A stretch of 64,000 bases of DNA from Candidatus Moraniibacteriota bacterium (GTDB lineage: Bacteria > Patescibacteriota > Minisyncoccia > Moranbacterales > UBA2206). Both the position numbers and the translations under genes were made by a program. Location of the stretch: contig JBAQUL010000015.1 in NCBI GenBank assembly GCA_049297495.1, positions 128,609 to 192,608 of the forward strand, given 5' to 3'. Below, one piece after another: positions 39,685-48,993 of this stretch. Each line of letters starts with the position of its first letter. Positions within the stretch are counted from its first letter, which is position 1. The notes beneath the pieces are model-generated. The model did not search any database and had not been told where the DNA came from. It saw nothing but the letters and a program-made list of their open reading frames with translations.

Positions 39685-40878
39685 TTATTTTTTAATATTT
39701 AAAGACACAGGAATAAAACTATTTTTTTCCAAGATATAAACAACTCCTCGTAACAGATAGTTGTTTGCAAATCCTACAGTATATATTCGTCCATTCTCCT
39801 TAAGAGGAACGAGCATATGTTTGTCCTTTAGTCGTTTTAAAATACGTGATCGTTGAACAGATGATTCTTGACCAATAATTTTTTCCAAATCAGAAGATTT
39901 GATACACATATCCCTGCTTTTCACCAACGTTGAAAGGATTTCATGTTCGCGTTTTGTAATATGCTCACGCTCAAGGGCATGTAGAAGCACAGGCAGTAAA
40001 ATAGTATTGGTAATGTAATTTAGATTTAATAATTTATCTATTTTCTCTATTTCTACGCGTAACCCTTCAAGCACATATAGGCACCACTGCAATGTCTTTT
40101 CTTTTTCTCCACTATCAGCTAACGTGAGCATTTCATAATATCTCTCCCTGTCCATGCAAAATATTGCTGTTGGATTCAATATGCGCCCACTTTTTACTTG
40201 AAATCCTTGTTTAATCAAAAGGGCGTATGTAAACATTCTAACCAATCTACCATTTCCATTATCAAACGGATGGATCCAAGCCATTCGATGATGTGACATT
40301 GCAATTGCCAGTAAATGATATTGCTCATCAAGAGGTTGATTGATAAAATTTATCAATTCTTCAAAGTACTCTGGAACTTTTATTGCTTCAGGCGGAATAT
40401 GATTTGATCGTTTGATCGTAACATTTATCGGGCGTAGCATTCCGGGATACTTTGATCCTTCACCCTCGGGAGGTGGCATAAGTCCATCCACTATAATCTT
40501 ATGGATTTCCGATATCAAGGCACGATCAAATTTAGTATTGTTTTTTATATTCTTCTCAATAAAGTCAATTGCTTTTTCAATATTATATATTTCTTTTAAC
40601 CCCTCGTCTTTTCCTTTTTTGGATGGATCTTCAATAATTTTTTCGACAAATTCTGCCAAGGTTGTATTATTACCTTCAATTCGCGCGGAGCCAAGACTTT
40701 CTAGCATTTGAAATATGTCTTTTAACTGAAAGAAAATATATGGAGGAACTGGCCCTCCGAGCTTTTTTACACGTAGCTTTTCAAGCTCGATAATAGTATT
40801 AGCAAGTTTACTGCCCCATTTGGGGTCATAGAGCTCGAGCGGAATATCCTTAAATGTTGAGTTATTTACACTTTTCAT
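39685..40878 (-). CDS. fic: Fic/DOC family protein (putative AMPylase) in RM operon
   Basis: Canonical HPFDNGNGRLVRM (HxFx(D/E)GNGRxxR) and N-terminal inhibitory motif SARIEGN ((S/T)xxxE(G/N)). Confidence 0.85.
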   Translation of the reverse strand: MKSVNNSTFKDIPLELYDPKWGSKLANTIIELEKLRVKKLGGPVPPYIFFQLKDIFQMLESLGSARIEGNNTTLAEFVEKIIEDPSKKGKDEGLKEIYNIEKAIDFIEKNIKNNTKFDRALISEIHKIIVDGLMPPPEGEGSKYPGMLRPINVTIKRSNHIPPEAIKVPEYFEELINFINQPLDEQYHLLAIAMSHHRMAWIHPFDNGNGRLVRMFTYALLIKQGFQVKSGRILNPTAIFCMDRERYYEMLTLADSGEKEKTLQWCLYVLEGLRVEIEKIDKLLNLNYITNTILLPVLLHALEREHITKREHEILSTLVKSRDMCIKSSDLEKIIGQESSVQRSRILKRLKDKHMLVPLKENGRIYTVGFANNYLLRGVVYILEKNSFIPVSLNIKK

Positions 40879-40990
40879 TATGATTATTTAACATTATATG
40901 CCTAATTTTATCTCATATAAGGGATTTTGTCAAGTATCTATTTTTTAGTTAATTAACATTATCCTGGATCCTGATTTAACAAGCCCTCTC

Positions 40991-42160
40991 TCATAACTCC
41001 CCGTTAAAAGCCTTCTTCAAAACGGACTTTTTCAACTCCTCCAAATCAGCCAGTTTTTGGCGATAATTCGCTTCCAGTTTTTTAGTCTCCGCCGAAAGCG
41101 CATCAAGTTTTTTGACGATGGATTTTTGGTCGACTAATGGTGGGGCTGGAATTGGATAGTTTTTTAGCTTCTGCCCGTTGATATTCGCCTGATTTACACT
41201 TGAGATAACAACCGAATTTCCATGTTCCTTTGCCTCATTACTATTCAGAAAATAATTCAAATAATCAGCATCCAATAATTTTTCCTTTCTATGGATTCGG
41301 ATTAGATAGCCAGCAAAAATCGCAGGCATTTCATTTTTGTAGATTGCTGTTTTCCCTACCAACTCTGGACTATTTGTACGATTAAACAATACGTCGTTAT
41401 ATTTCAATAGATATTTTTCTATTTCCTGTTTATCGTTAGAGTACTTAAGATCATCCCAGTTCAGCTTGCCATTTTGAATATTGCCCATTCGCAATACTGG
41501 CACTCGCCCTGCCTTTTTGGATTTTGAAGAAGATCCATATTCGACTCTTTCGCACAACTCTCCCAGCAATTTTACGCCCCATTTTTTCCTAGAATTATCC
41601 AAAATATTTCGCAAAGACAAATCAAAAAGCTCTTTGGAATTTTGCAGATTTTTTTCCGCATTGGCTTTCGCCTTCGCAATCCCTTCAAAAACCTCATCCA
41701 AAATTTTGACGATGCGGCGTTGTTCGGGGAGAGGTGGAAAAGATATTTCTAAATTTTCAAATTCTTCTTTGTTTAGGTGAGGTATAGCAGATCCTGTTCT
41801 TGATTTTGTAAAGTTTTCTCTGTGCGTTATTAAAAAATGCAAAAGATATTTCGGATTCAATAAATCTTTCTGATATTTAACAATCCCCATCGTTGAAGCT
41901 AATGCTCCCTCCAATCCTGTAAACATTTCGCCAGAATTTGATCCATCCATGATAATGATAATATCCTCTTTTTTTACCCAAACAGATGATGGACACTTTT
42001 CTGAAGCAAATTTTGGCTCTTCTGTTTTGCGAACAACTTTTGCAGTCAAATATGGCTTATTACTTTTCGATACAAAAACAGTAGGCTTTTTGCCCTTCAC
42101 TAAATCACAAACCTCTCTGAGTTTTTTTGTTTGCCATGTCATATTTATTTTTCGAAACAA
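40991..42160 (-). CDS. hsdS: Type I restriction-modification specificity subunit (HsdS)
   Basis: Two target-recognition halves separated by conserved PPLPEQRRIVKILDEVFE, and a C-terminal conserved helix (LEELKKSVLKKAF). Confidence 0.85.
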   Translation of the reverse strand: MFRKINMTWQTKKLREVCDLVKGKKPTVFVSKSNKPYLTAKVVRKTEEPKFASEKCPSSVWVKKEDIIIIMDGSNSGEMFTGLEGALASTMGIVKYQKDLLNPKYLLHFLITHRENFTKSRTGSAIPHLNKEEFENLEISFPPLPEQRRIVKILDEVFEGIAKAKANAEKNLQNSKELFDLSLRNILDNSRKKWGVKLLGELCERVEYGSSSKSKKAGRVPVLRMGNIQNGKLNWDDLKYSNDKQEIEKYLLKYNDVLFNRTNSPELVGKTAIYKNEMPAIFAGYLIRIHRKEKLLDADYLNYFLNSNEAKEHGNSVVISSVNQANINGQKLKNYPIPAPPLVDQKSIVKKLDALSAETKKLEANYRQKLADLEELKKSVLKKAFNGEL

Positions 42161-42552
42161 GATTTAATTTTTTTCCAAAAAATCTTAAGATTAATGCCTA
42201 TACCATAAAACTCTGGGGAAAGTTTTAAGATTTCCTCCCTGTCTTCTTTTATCATGGAGAAATTAGGAAAATTAGACTCAACTTCGTCTATACCTGCTAC
42301 AGTTATTTGATCTTGTACATTTGTAATAACTTTTAGATATTCTTTGTCCTCTAAATATTTGATGGTACTAAGTAACTCGTTATTATTGAAATCTTTTAAA
42401 TTAAGCTTTTCTGCCACTGCTGGGCGCATAACTAAATTCAATATATCACCATCAGAAATGTCATAATGCAGTTGCAATACTTTTTTCCTAAATTCTGTTT
42501 TTGTTTGCCAGTTAGTTTTCATATGGTACTTGTGAATATTCAATCTTCCCAT
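42145..42552 (-). CDS. Hypothetical protein (cassette gene 4, inside RM operon)
   Basis: 135 aa. Overlaps hsdS by 16 nt and the upstream gene by 41 nt. Only a weak Rx6H pattern (RKKVLQLH). Confidence 0.4.
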   Translation of the reverse strand: MGRLNIHKYHMKTNWQTKTEFRKKVLQLHYDISDGDILNLVMRPAVAEKLNLKDFNNNELLSTIKYLEDKEYLKVITNVQDQITVAGIDEVESNFPNFSMIKEDREEILKLSPEFYGIGINLKIFWKKIKSCFEK

Positions 42553-43171
42553 TTATTTGCAATAGACGAGCATCCCTAACCTTAAGATTTTCTCCCTCAC
42601 AATCAAATAGTTTCATATTCGCCTGCCAAACAGACCGACAAAATATATTATTTTGATCATTTGTATAAGTTAAAACAACACTGATAGGAATTTCCACGTG
42701 CATCTTATTATATAATTCATCAAACTTACCTTCAAGTCTTAATTTAATTACAAACGGATCATCATTTAATGTGAGATAGAGTGGCGCTTTATTATGCCGC
42801 GCTTCGTAAATAGAAATCCCCATAGATTTCGGCTGAGAAATATTGAAAGCGACACCACGTCCAGAGTTGAAGCACTCAAATTCAATACTAAAGATCACTT
42901 CGTAAGGTTTTTCAATAATTTTTCCCGAATCTATAGACATATAGTTGTTGTCTTCTTGTTTATTTTTAACACAAAGAAAAACATCGACAGGTCTCACTAT
43001 TATACTTGGCGCCGTGCTCATCGCTGAGTCAAATTCAGATTTTTTCAACACTTTGCGAGAAATCCATAGAGAAGCAATGGCAGCCGTGCCCAATATAGAG
43101 TTAAGCACTAGGCTAAATACATCAAATAGATCGTGTTTTATTTGCACATTAATAAATGGATGCCAACTCAT
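42512..43171 (-). CDS. Hypothetical membrane-anchored protein (cassette gene 3)
   Basis: 219 aa, single N-terminal TM helix (FSLVLNSILGTAAIASLWI). No known motif. Confidence 0.4.
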   Translation of the reverse strand: MSWHPFINVQIKHDLFDVFSLVLNSILGTAAIASLWISRKVLKKSEFDSAMSTAPSIIVRPVDVFLCVKNKQEDNNYMSIDSGKIIEKPYEVIFSIEFECFNSGRGVAFNISQPKSMGISIYEARHNKAPLYLTLNDDPFVIKLRLEGKFDELYNKMHVEIPISVVLTYTNDQNNIFCRSVWQANMKLFDCEGENLKVRDARLLQINGKIEYSQVPYEN

Positions 43172-43207
43172 AATTGTTTTTTTGTAAATTATTCTTTTTT
43201 ATAGAAC

Positions 43208-44140
43208 CTACATTAGAGGTTGTTGATACTGTTTTATTTCGACAATGCGAAGCTTAGGTTTTTGATAAAGCGACTTTCTTTCAACAATCGCCTCGACAGC
43301 AACATCCTCTTCGTAAAAATCATCCAGATCTTTGGTAGTCTTGCCTTCTGGTGGATAAGCTATGAGATCCCGGTCTCTTCTTGAAAATCCATGAACTTGT
43401 AATTTTAGCGAATCACCTTTGCTGCATTGCATAGCTACAATTTTTCCTGTAAACAAATACTTCTTTCCGTCTTCATAATTCGGAAGTATTTTTTCTTCGT
43501 CACTAAGATAATTATCAAAATTATTCTCATCGACCAACGATTCATTTTTAAAATCTGGATAATTACTCACTGATATAGATTTAACTTTTTCATCCACAAA
43601 AGGTTTTAATGCCTTTTTGAACTTATGGTTTTTAATCATCTTGTGAGCCGCAATAGCATAATCCTTTTTTAGCTCATCTAGATCAGGATATCTTTTCTGT
43701 CCTTGTGCTTTTCCAAAAAAATAAGCCACAAACCCAGTCACCATATTTGATAAAACTTCTTGATCGAATGGATTTCTGGCAAAATAATCATTTATATTCC
43801 TATGTCCATTTACTAATAAATCTGATGTAAATCCAAAGAAATTCTTAGCTTCTAAAAACTGCTGCGGGCTAACAATTTCCAGAAAATTCAATAAATCCGA
43901 AATTTTTTCAAAAGGTACATGTTCTTTATTGCTTATAACAAAAATAATGATATCAACTATCAAAGAGCCTTCTCTAGTTTTACTGACACCTACTTTTATA
44001 TCTGCATCAATTTTTGTAGTTTTGAAAATCTCCCTTATGACCAAATCAAATCCAATGATCGATTCTCCGAGAGTTACTAGGTCAATTTCAGAGTCATCAA
44101 TCCCTAATCCTTTGTACTTTATAAATAGATTTGCTTTCAT
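43208..44140 (-). CDS. Hypothetical protein (cassette gene 2)
   Basis: 310 aa, no recognisable motif. Confidence 0.4.
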   Translation of the reverse strand: MKANLFIKYKGLGIDDSEIDLVTLGESIIGFDLVIREIFKTTKIDADIKVGVSKTREGSLIVDIIIFVISNKEHVPFEKISDLLNFLEIVSPQQFLEAKNFFGFTSDLLVNGHRNINDYFARNPFDQEVLSNMVTGFVAYFFGKAQGQKRYPDLDELKKDYAIAAHKMIKNHKFKKALKPFVDEKVKSISVSNYPDFKNESLVDENNFDNYLSDEEKILPNYEDGKKYLFTGKIVAMQCSKGDSLKLQVHGFSRRDRDLIAYPPEGKTTKDLDDFYEEDVAVEAIVERKSLYQKPKLRIVEIKQYQQPLM

Positions 44141-44208
44141 ATTCTTATGATTAAATTTGTGATGCAGCCTTTGAAATAAAAGGCTGCATCACCGCTGGTT
44201 TATTTTTT

Positions 44209-44847
44209 CTACGCTTTCGGAAAAAGCAGGCCGTAGACTTCCAGATAATTCAGACATTCCATAAAGACCTCTTCTTTGATTCCCCAAGTTTTTTGAGACA
44301 AAACAGATTCTTTGATTAGCTCACCGCAACTATCCAAATAGGGAGGAACGATGACCTCGATCATTGATCGGGAAACCCACACCACCTTGGTATCGCAATC
44401 TTTAGTACTCTGCAGTTCGCGAAATAAATTTAAATCATTCCTGGAATACAGAAGACCTGAGTTTCTAAATTTAACCTCAACTAATTCATAACGATACCCT
44501 TGATGAGTTATGATGAGAAAATCGGGTGATTTCCTAAAGCCTACCATAGGAACCTCCAAATAACCCTGTTTAGTTCGTAAGAAAATCTCACTTTCATTGG
44601 CATGTTTTGATTGTCTCCACTCAACTCCAAAGAAATAAAGCTCAACCCCTGATCTTCTAAACATCTGCTCAATAATAGCTTCGGCAATCCGACCCTTTAT
44701 GTCTTTATTCATCCCCTCCTTCCAGCCATCAGAATCCCAAAGAGCCATTTTTTCAGCAACTTTATTTTTGACATCATCTATCGTGCCAATAATCCAATTT
44801 TCCGCCATCTTCTCACCTCCTTTTTCTTCATTTTGTAGAATGTACAA
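44209..44847 (-). CDS. Predicted PD-(D/E)XK restriction-endonuclease-fold nuclease (cassette gene 1)
   Basis: Helix with E (GRIAEAIIEQMF), then SPDFLIITHQGYRYELVEVKFR giving PD-x13-E-V-K, the classic PD-(D/E)xK arrangement. Immediately downstream of hsdM. Confidence 0.5.
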   Translation of the reverse strand: MYILQNEEKGGEKMAENWIIGTIDDVKNKVAEKMALWDSDGWKEGMNKDIKGRIAEAIIEQMFRRSGVELYFFGVEWRQSKHANESEIFLRTKQGYLEVPMVGFRKSPDFLIITHQGYRYELVEVKFRNSGLLYSRNDLNLFRELQSTKDCDTKVVWVSRSMIEVIVPPYLDSCGELIKESVLSQKTWGIKEEVFMECLNYLEVYGLLFPKA

Positions 44848-44874
44848 TCCTCCCTAAAGCAGCTCTCTATTATA

Positions 44875-46323
44875 TCAAAATCCGCCCAATTTATCAAGAA
44901 TTTTTCGACTCTCCTCATCCAACCTTTTCATCTCCTCCAAAATCACCTTCGGCTCCCGCAAAGCAACTTCTCCGCCTTTGCTCGGATTTTTGACTGACAA
45001 ATCAAATGTTTTTTGGTCAATTTTTGAAACGTCTATGCTCCACGAATTTTCAGAGTTGGCTTTTGTTTTTTGCAATTCCACAAATTCTTCCAAATCTTTT
45101 TCACTGAGCGAATTGGTCTTGCCCAAATTACGATCAAGATTCAATTGATAGAACCAGACTTTTTTCGTGGATTCACCTTTGGTGAAAAACAGCACCACCG
45201 TTTTCACGCCCGCACCTTGAAAAGCGCCGCCCGGCAAATCAAGAACCGTGTGCAGATTGCAATTTTCCAAAAGCAATTTTCGCAAACTAACCGAAGCATT
45301 GTCGGTGTTCGAGAGAAATGTATTTTTAATGACGATGCCTGCTCGCCCGCCGGCTTTGAAAATTTTGATGAAATGTTGCAAAAAAAGAAAGGCCGTTTCG
45401 CCGGTTTTGATGGGAAAGTTTTGTTGAATCTCGCGACCGATGCCAGCGCCAAACGGCGGATTGGCTAAAATAACTTGATAGCGATCTTTTTCTTGAATGT
45501 CATTGATATTTTCCGCTAGCGTGTTCATGTGGCGAATATTCGGCGCCTCAATGCCATGAAGAATCATATTCATAATCCCGATCACATAGGCCAGGGATTT
45601 GATTTCTTTGCCAAAAAAAGTTTTGTTTTGCAACGTGGCCATTTGAGCGGAAGAAAGCTTGGCTTGATTTTGGGTGAGAAAATTGTAGGCTTCGACCAAA
45701 AATCCCGCACTGCCACAGGCGCCGTCATAGATTGTTTCGCCGATTTTGGGCGCAACGACTTTGACAATTGTTCTGATGAGCGGTCTGGGCGTGTAATACT
45801 CTCCGCCGTTTCGACCGGCGTTTCCCATCTTGGCAATTTTCGCTTCATAGAGATGGGAGAGTTCGTGCTTTTCTTCATAGAGCCGAAAATGCATTTCATC
45901 CACCACATTCAAAATTTCCCGCAGTTTATACCCGCTGGAAATTTTATTTTTGAGTTCCGAAAAAATTTCCCCGATTTTATATTCAATCGTGTTTGGTTCT
46001 TCGGCTTTGAACTTTTTGAGATAGGGAAAAAGTTTATGATCAACAAAATCCTTCAAATCATCTCCATCTTGAGCTTTTTCATAGTCCAACTTCCCATCAG
46101 CATCTTTCGGACAAGCCCAAGTGTTCCAGCGAAATTCAGGAGCAAGAATATATTGATATTTTTTTCCCGCCAAGGCGTTTTCTGTTTTTTTGGTTTCCTC
46201 AAGATCGTCCAAATATTTCAAAAACAAAATCCAGGAAGTCTGCTCGACATAATCCAGCTCGGTCGCCGAACCTGAATCGGTACGTAAAATATTATCAATA
46301 TTTTTAAATGCTTGTTCAAACAT
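44875..46323 (-). CDS. hsdM: Type I restriction-modification N6-adenine methyltransferase (HsdM)
   Basis: HsdM N-terminal domain (TSWILFLKYL), SAM-binding FDGACGSAGFL, and catalytic NPPFG. Confidence 0.9.
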   Translation of the reverse strand: MFEQAFKNIDNILRTDSGSATELDYVEQTSWILFLKYLDDLEETKKTENALAGKKYQYILAPEFRWNTWACPKDADGKLDYEKAQDGDDLKDFVDHKLFPYLKKFKAEEPNTIEYKIGEIFSELKNKISSGYKLREILNVVDEMHFRLYEEKHELSHLYEAKIAKMGNAGRNGGEYYTPRPLIRTIVKVVAPKIGETIYDGACGSAGFLVEAYNFLTQNQAKLSSAQMATLQNKTFFGKEIKSLAYVIGIMNMILHGIEAPNIRHMNTLAENINDIQEKDRYQVILANPPFGAGIGREIQQNFPIKTGETAFLFLQHFIKIFKAGGRAGIVIKNTFLSNTDNASVSLRKLLLENCNLHTVLDLPGGAFQGAGVKTVVLFFTKGESTKKVWFYQLNLDRNLGKTNSLSEKDLEEFVELQKTKANSENSWSIDVSKIDQKTFDLSVKNPSKGGEVALREPKVILEEMKRLDEESRKILDKLGGF

Positions 46324-46439
46324 GGTTTATTTCCTTAAAATTGGCTTATCCCTGCAATCTCATCCTACCCCAAATTCCCCCTTTCGTAAAGAAAACAAGC
46401 CAATCTTTGGCTGAGTAAAAAAATTTGTCAAATTATTTT

Positions 46440-46520
46440 AAATATAACTAAAATAAATGCATAGGAGTAAATCCTCCTGTGTTGAGATACCGCAAGGCGT
46501 CCCGTTAAAGCAGGAGGTTT
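46440..46520. terminator. Hairpin with flanking A/T runs between radC and hsdM (bidirectional terminator-like)
   Basis: aatcctcctg...(loop)...caggaggtt, followed by ttttcttttttt on + and preceded by an A-rich tract. Confidence 0.35.
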
Positions 46521-46536
46521 TCTTTTTTTAGGAAAG

Positions 46537-47211
46537 TTATTTCATTAATCCCTTTTCCTGAAAACTCGCAAAACCATTTTTGGTAACAATAATATGATCC
46601 AAAACCTCAATTCCCAAGATCTTCCCCGCCTCCTTGAGGCGCCTGGTCACTTCCAAATCATCTTCGGACGGTTCGGCGCTGCCGGAAGGATGATTGTGCG
46701 CGAGGATGACAGAAGCCGCTAGCTGATCAATGGCGGACTTGAAAACTTCGCGAGGATGAATGAGGCTGGCGTTCAGCGTGCCAATCGAGACTGTTTCTTT
46801 GTGAATCAATTGATTTCTAGCGTTGAAATAAAGCACGACAAAATGCTCTTTTTTGACATTGCGCAATTCTTGCAACTGCGCCACGGCGTCTTTGGCAGAA
46901 ATAATAGTCGGCAAATTATTGTCCTCTACTTCCAAGGCGCGCTTGGTGAGTTCAAAAGCAGCGAGAAGCAGACAGGCCTTTCCCGGACCAATGCCTTTGA
47001 TTTTTGCTAAGTCTTTGAAATTAAGTGCGAGCAAATTTTTGGTGGGATTTTTTCGCAATACTTCACGAGAAACTTTCATAACATCTTTGCCTTTCGTTCC
47101 TGTGCGCAGAAGAATCGCCATCAATTCACTATCACGCAGATTTTCCGCGCCCTTTTCTATTAGTTTTTCTCTGGGCTGTTTGTGTTTTGGAAGATTTTTT
47201 ATTTTTGACAT
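46537..47211 (-). CDS. radC: RadC-like JAB-domain protein
   Basis: HNHPSGSAEPSEDD JAMM motif and N-terminal HhH region. Confidence 0.85.
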   Translation of the reverse strand: MSKIKNLPKHKQPREKLIEKGAENLRDSELMAILLRTGTKGKDVMKVSREVLRKNPTKNLLALNFKDLAKIKGIGPGKACLLLAAFELTKRALEVEDNNLPTIISAKDAVAQLQELRNVKKEHFVVLYFNARNQLIHKETVSIGTLNASLIHPREVFKSAIDQLAASVILAHNHPSGSAEPSEDDLEVTRRLKEAGKILGIEVLDHIIVTKNGFASFQEKGLMK

Positions 47212-47318
47212 AATTATTTTGTCTTTCTCAATATATCATTCCCCTGCTTGGTACGCTGCGAGACTGGATTCCCGCCGGAGTTTATACTCGTGAAACGGGT
47301 GCGGGAATGACACGGAGA

Positions 47319-47338
47319 GTGCGTAATTAATTACGCAC
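47319..47338. repeat. Perfect 20-bp palindrome gtgcgtaattaattacgcac
   Basis: Exact reverse-complement symmetry, located 4 nt after the stop of the 47343..47852 gene. Additional inverted repeats lie in 47215..47318. Confidence 0.5.
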
Positions 47339-47342
47339 ATCC

Positions 47343-47852
47343 TTAATCTTTAATAAACCCTCCCAACTCCTCAAAAACCCCATCTGTAAAATCATCCGGC
47401 TTGAATTTAAAAATTGCCATCGCGTTTTTTTGACAATAATCTAGCTCGGGAAGATTTTTGGTCTTAGTGTAATGTTTAAAACTATCGAGCGTATCGGCCG
47501 CCCGGATGATGAGTGCGTCACGTCCTGCCTCCGCCGCGCGATTGGCCAATTCTTCGATTCTTTCCTCTAAATTTTCAATTGAGCGGTTTTTGGTGTTGGC
47601 TTTCACCAATTGCAAAACGGTTTCCCCGAACTCCGTCCGCACGAGCTCTTCTGTGACGCCACTCCACTCCAGCGCGTCATGCAGAAGTCCCGCGATGACT
47701 GCGTCGCGGGAATAGTTATTTTCATAGAGATAAACTCCCACACGAACAACATGGAACAAGACCGGTTTTTTCGCTCCTTCATGTGAAACCGGCAGACGCG
47801 CAACAAGCATCCGCAGGGCCTTTTCAAATTCAATGTCGAGTGATTCTGGCAT
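47343..47852 (-). CDS. HD-domain protein (RelA/SpoT hydrolase-like)
   Basis: PVLFHVVRVGVYL...AVIAGLLHDALE H...HD pattern. Locally higher GC. Confidence 0.55.
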   Translation of the reverse strand: MPESLDIEFEKALRMLVARLPVSHEGAKKPVLFHVVRVGVYLYENNYSRDAVIAGLLHDALEWSGVTEELVRTEFGETVLQLVKANTKNRSIENLEERIEELANRAAEAGRDALIIRAADTLDSFKHYTKTKNLPELDYCQKNAMAIFKFKPDDFTDGVFEELGGFIKD

Positions 47853-48085
47853 AGTTATTTTCCAATCACTGATTTAGATATATCCCTATTCTACCCTCAT
47901 TCCCCCGCTTTGGCAAAGAAAAATAGCTAACCTGTTATACTGACCCCGGTCCGGAAATATCGAGAAAAACCTTGCCAAAAAACCTTTCTTTTGCTAGCAT
48001 AGCGGAAAGTTGCATTTTAAAAAATTGGAAACGGACGGGCCCAAATGGGCCAAAAATTAAACCCCAAGATAGGAGGAATCGGCTA

Positions 48086-48553
48086 GTGAAAACGAAAAAA
48101 CATTTACCCATTTTACTTATCATTCTATTGTTTCTCGTTGGCTGCGGTGGTGGCGGCGATGACAGCCATCCGTCTGCGTCATGTGACCCGATGAAAAGGG
48201 GCGACGGATTAACGCCCGAAATAACATTTACGCAAGTCCCAACATTCAATACAACCGAGAACTTGATTGGAATGGTTTGGAATGTTTCCCCAAAAAACTA
48301 CGGACTTGCAATCCTCATTAATGTCGGTGGACTCTGGTGGAGCAAGCCCACTGATGTTGCCCCGGTAACCCTGATTGCATGCAACTGCTCATTCGAAGGC
48401 GACGTCACAACTGGCGGCAGTGACCATTTGGCGACAAGGATTATCGCCTATTTGATACCAATTACCTATAAGCCACCGGTAGCTCTGGGAGCTAAAGATA
48501 TCCCGCCGGATATAATCAAGAATGCGATAACTTTCAAAGAAGCTGTTCGCTAA
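48086..48553 (+). CDS. Lipoprotein (GTG start after AGGAGG RBS)
   Basis: RBS aggagg at 48071..48076. GTG at 48086 then signal peptide with lipobox LFLVGC. The ORF-track start at 47972 lacks an RBS. Confidence 0.5.
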   Translation: MKTKKHLPILLIILLFLVGCGGGGDDSHPSASCDPMKRGDGLTPEITFTQVPTFNTTENLIGMVWNVSPKNYGLAILINVGGLWWSKPTDVAPVTLIACNCSFEGDVTTGGSDHLATRIIAYLIPITYKPPVALGAKDIPPDIIKNAITFKEAVR

Positions 48554-48584
48554 AATCCGCCGCACCTTGGTGCAACTGATCAAG

Positions 48585-48628
48585 AAAGCCTTTGAGGGAA
48601 TCCTCCCCCGAAGGCTTTTATTTTATGC
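48585..48628 (+). terminator. Rho-independent terminator after lipoprotein gene
   Basis: Stem aagcctt...gaaggctt followed by ttattttat. Confidence 0.45.
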
Positions 48629-48750
48629 TACTAGTATTATTATTTTGAAAAGAAAAAAAAGGGGTTGCCTGCATTAGCAAACAACTCCCTTTTTATTTAG
48701 TATCAATCAGCCCGTGATAGCGGGCAAGGTTTTTTAGTAGGGACTACTTT

Positions 48751-48993
48751 TTATTTGCTGAGAATATGTTCCAGCTCTTCTTCCAGATCTTCCGGATTAT
48801 TAGCATTGGGAAACACATAGCGTAGCATTTGCCGAGACCGACCCTCGCGACCATTGCTCTCAAAATTGGTCAGATATTCATAATCATCTGTTTCGTCTTG
48901 CGAGCTAGAACTCGCTTGAATAATAAGCTCAACAAACTCATCTATGCTCATTTCTGGAACTTCTTCTGCTAAACTAGTCACTAAAACCTCCAC
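48751..48993 (-). CDS. Small acidic hypothetical protein
   Basis: 80 aa, highly acidic. Confidence 0.3.
   Translation of the reverse strand: MEVLVTSLAEEVPEMSIDEFVELIIQASSSSQDETDDYEYLTNFESNGREGRSRQMLRYVFPNANNPEDLEEELEHILSK

Noticed and set aside
46440-46520. 24-codon ORF (MHRSKSSCVEIPQGVPLKQEVFFF) overlapping the radC-hsdM intergenic hairpin
   Set aside because: It has no RBS, and the reading frame is formed by the two arms of the terminator-like hairpin. It is treated as non-coding.
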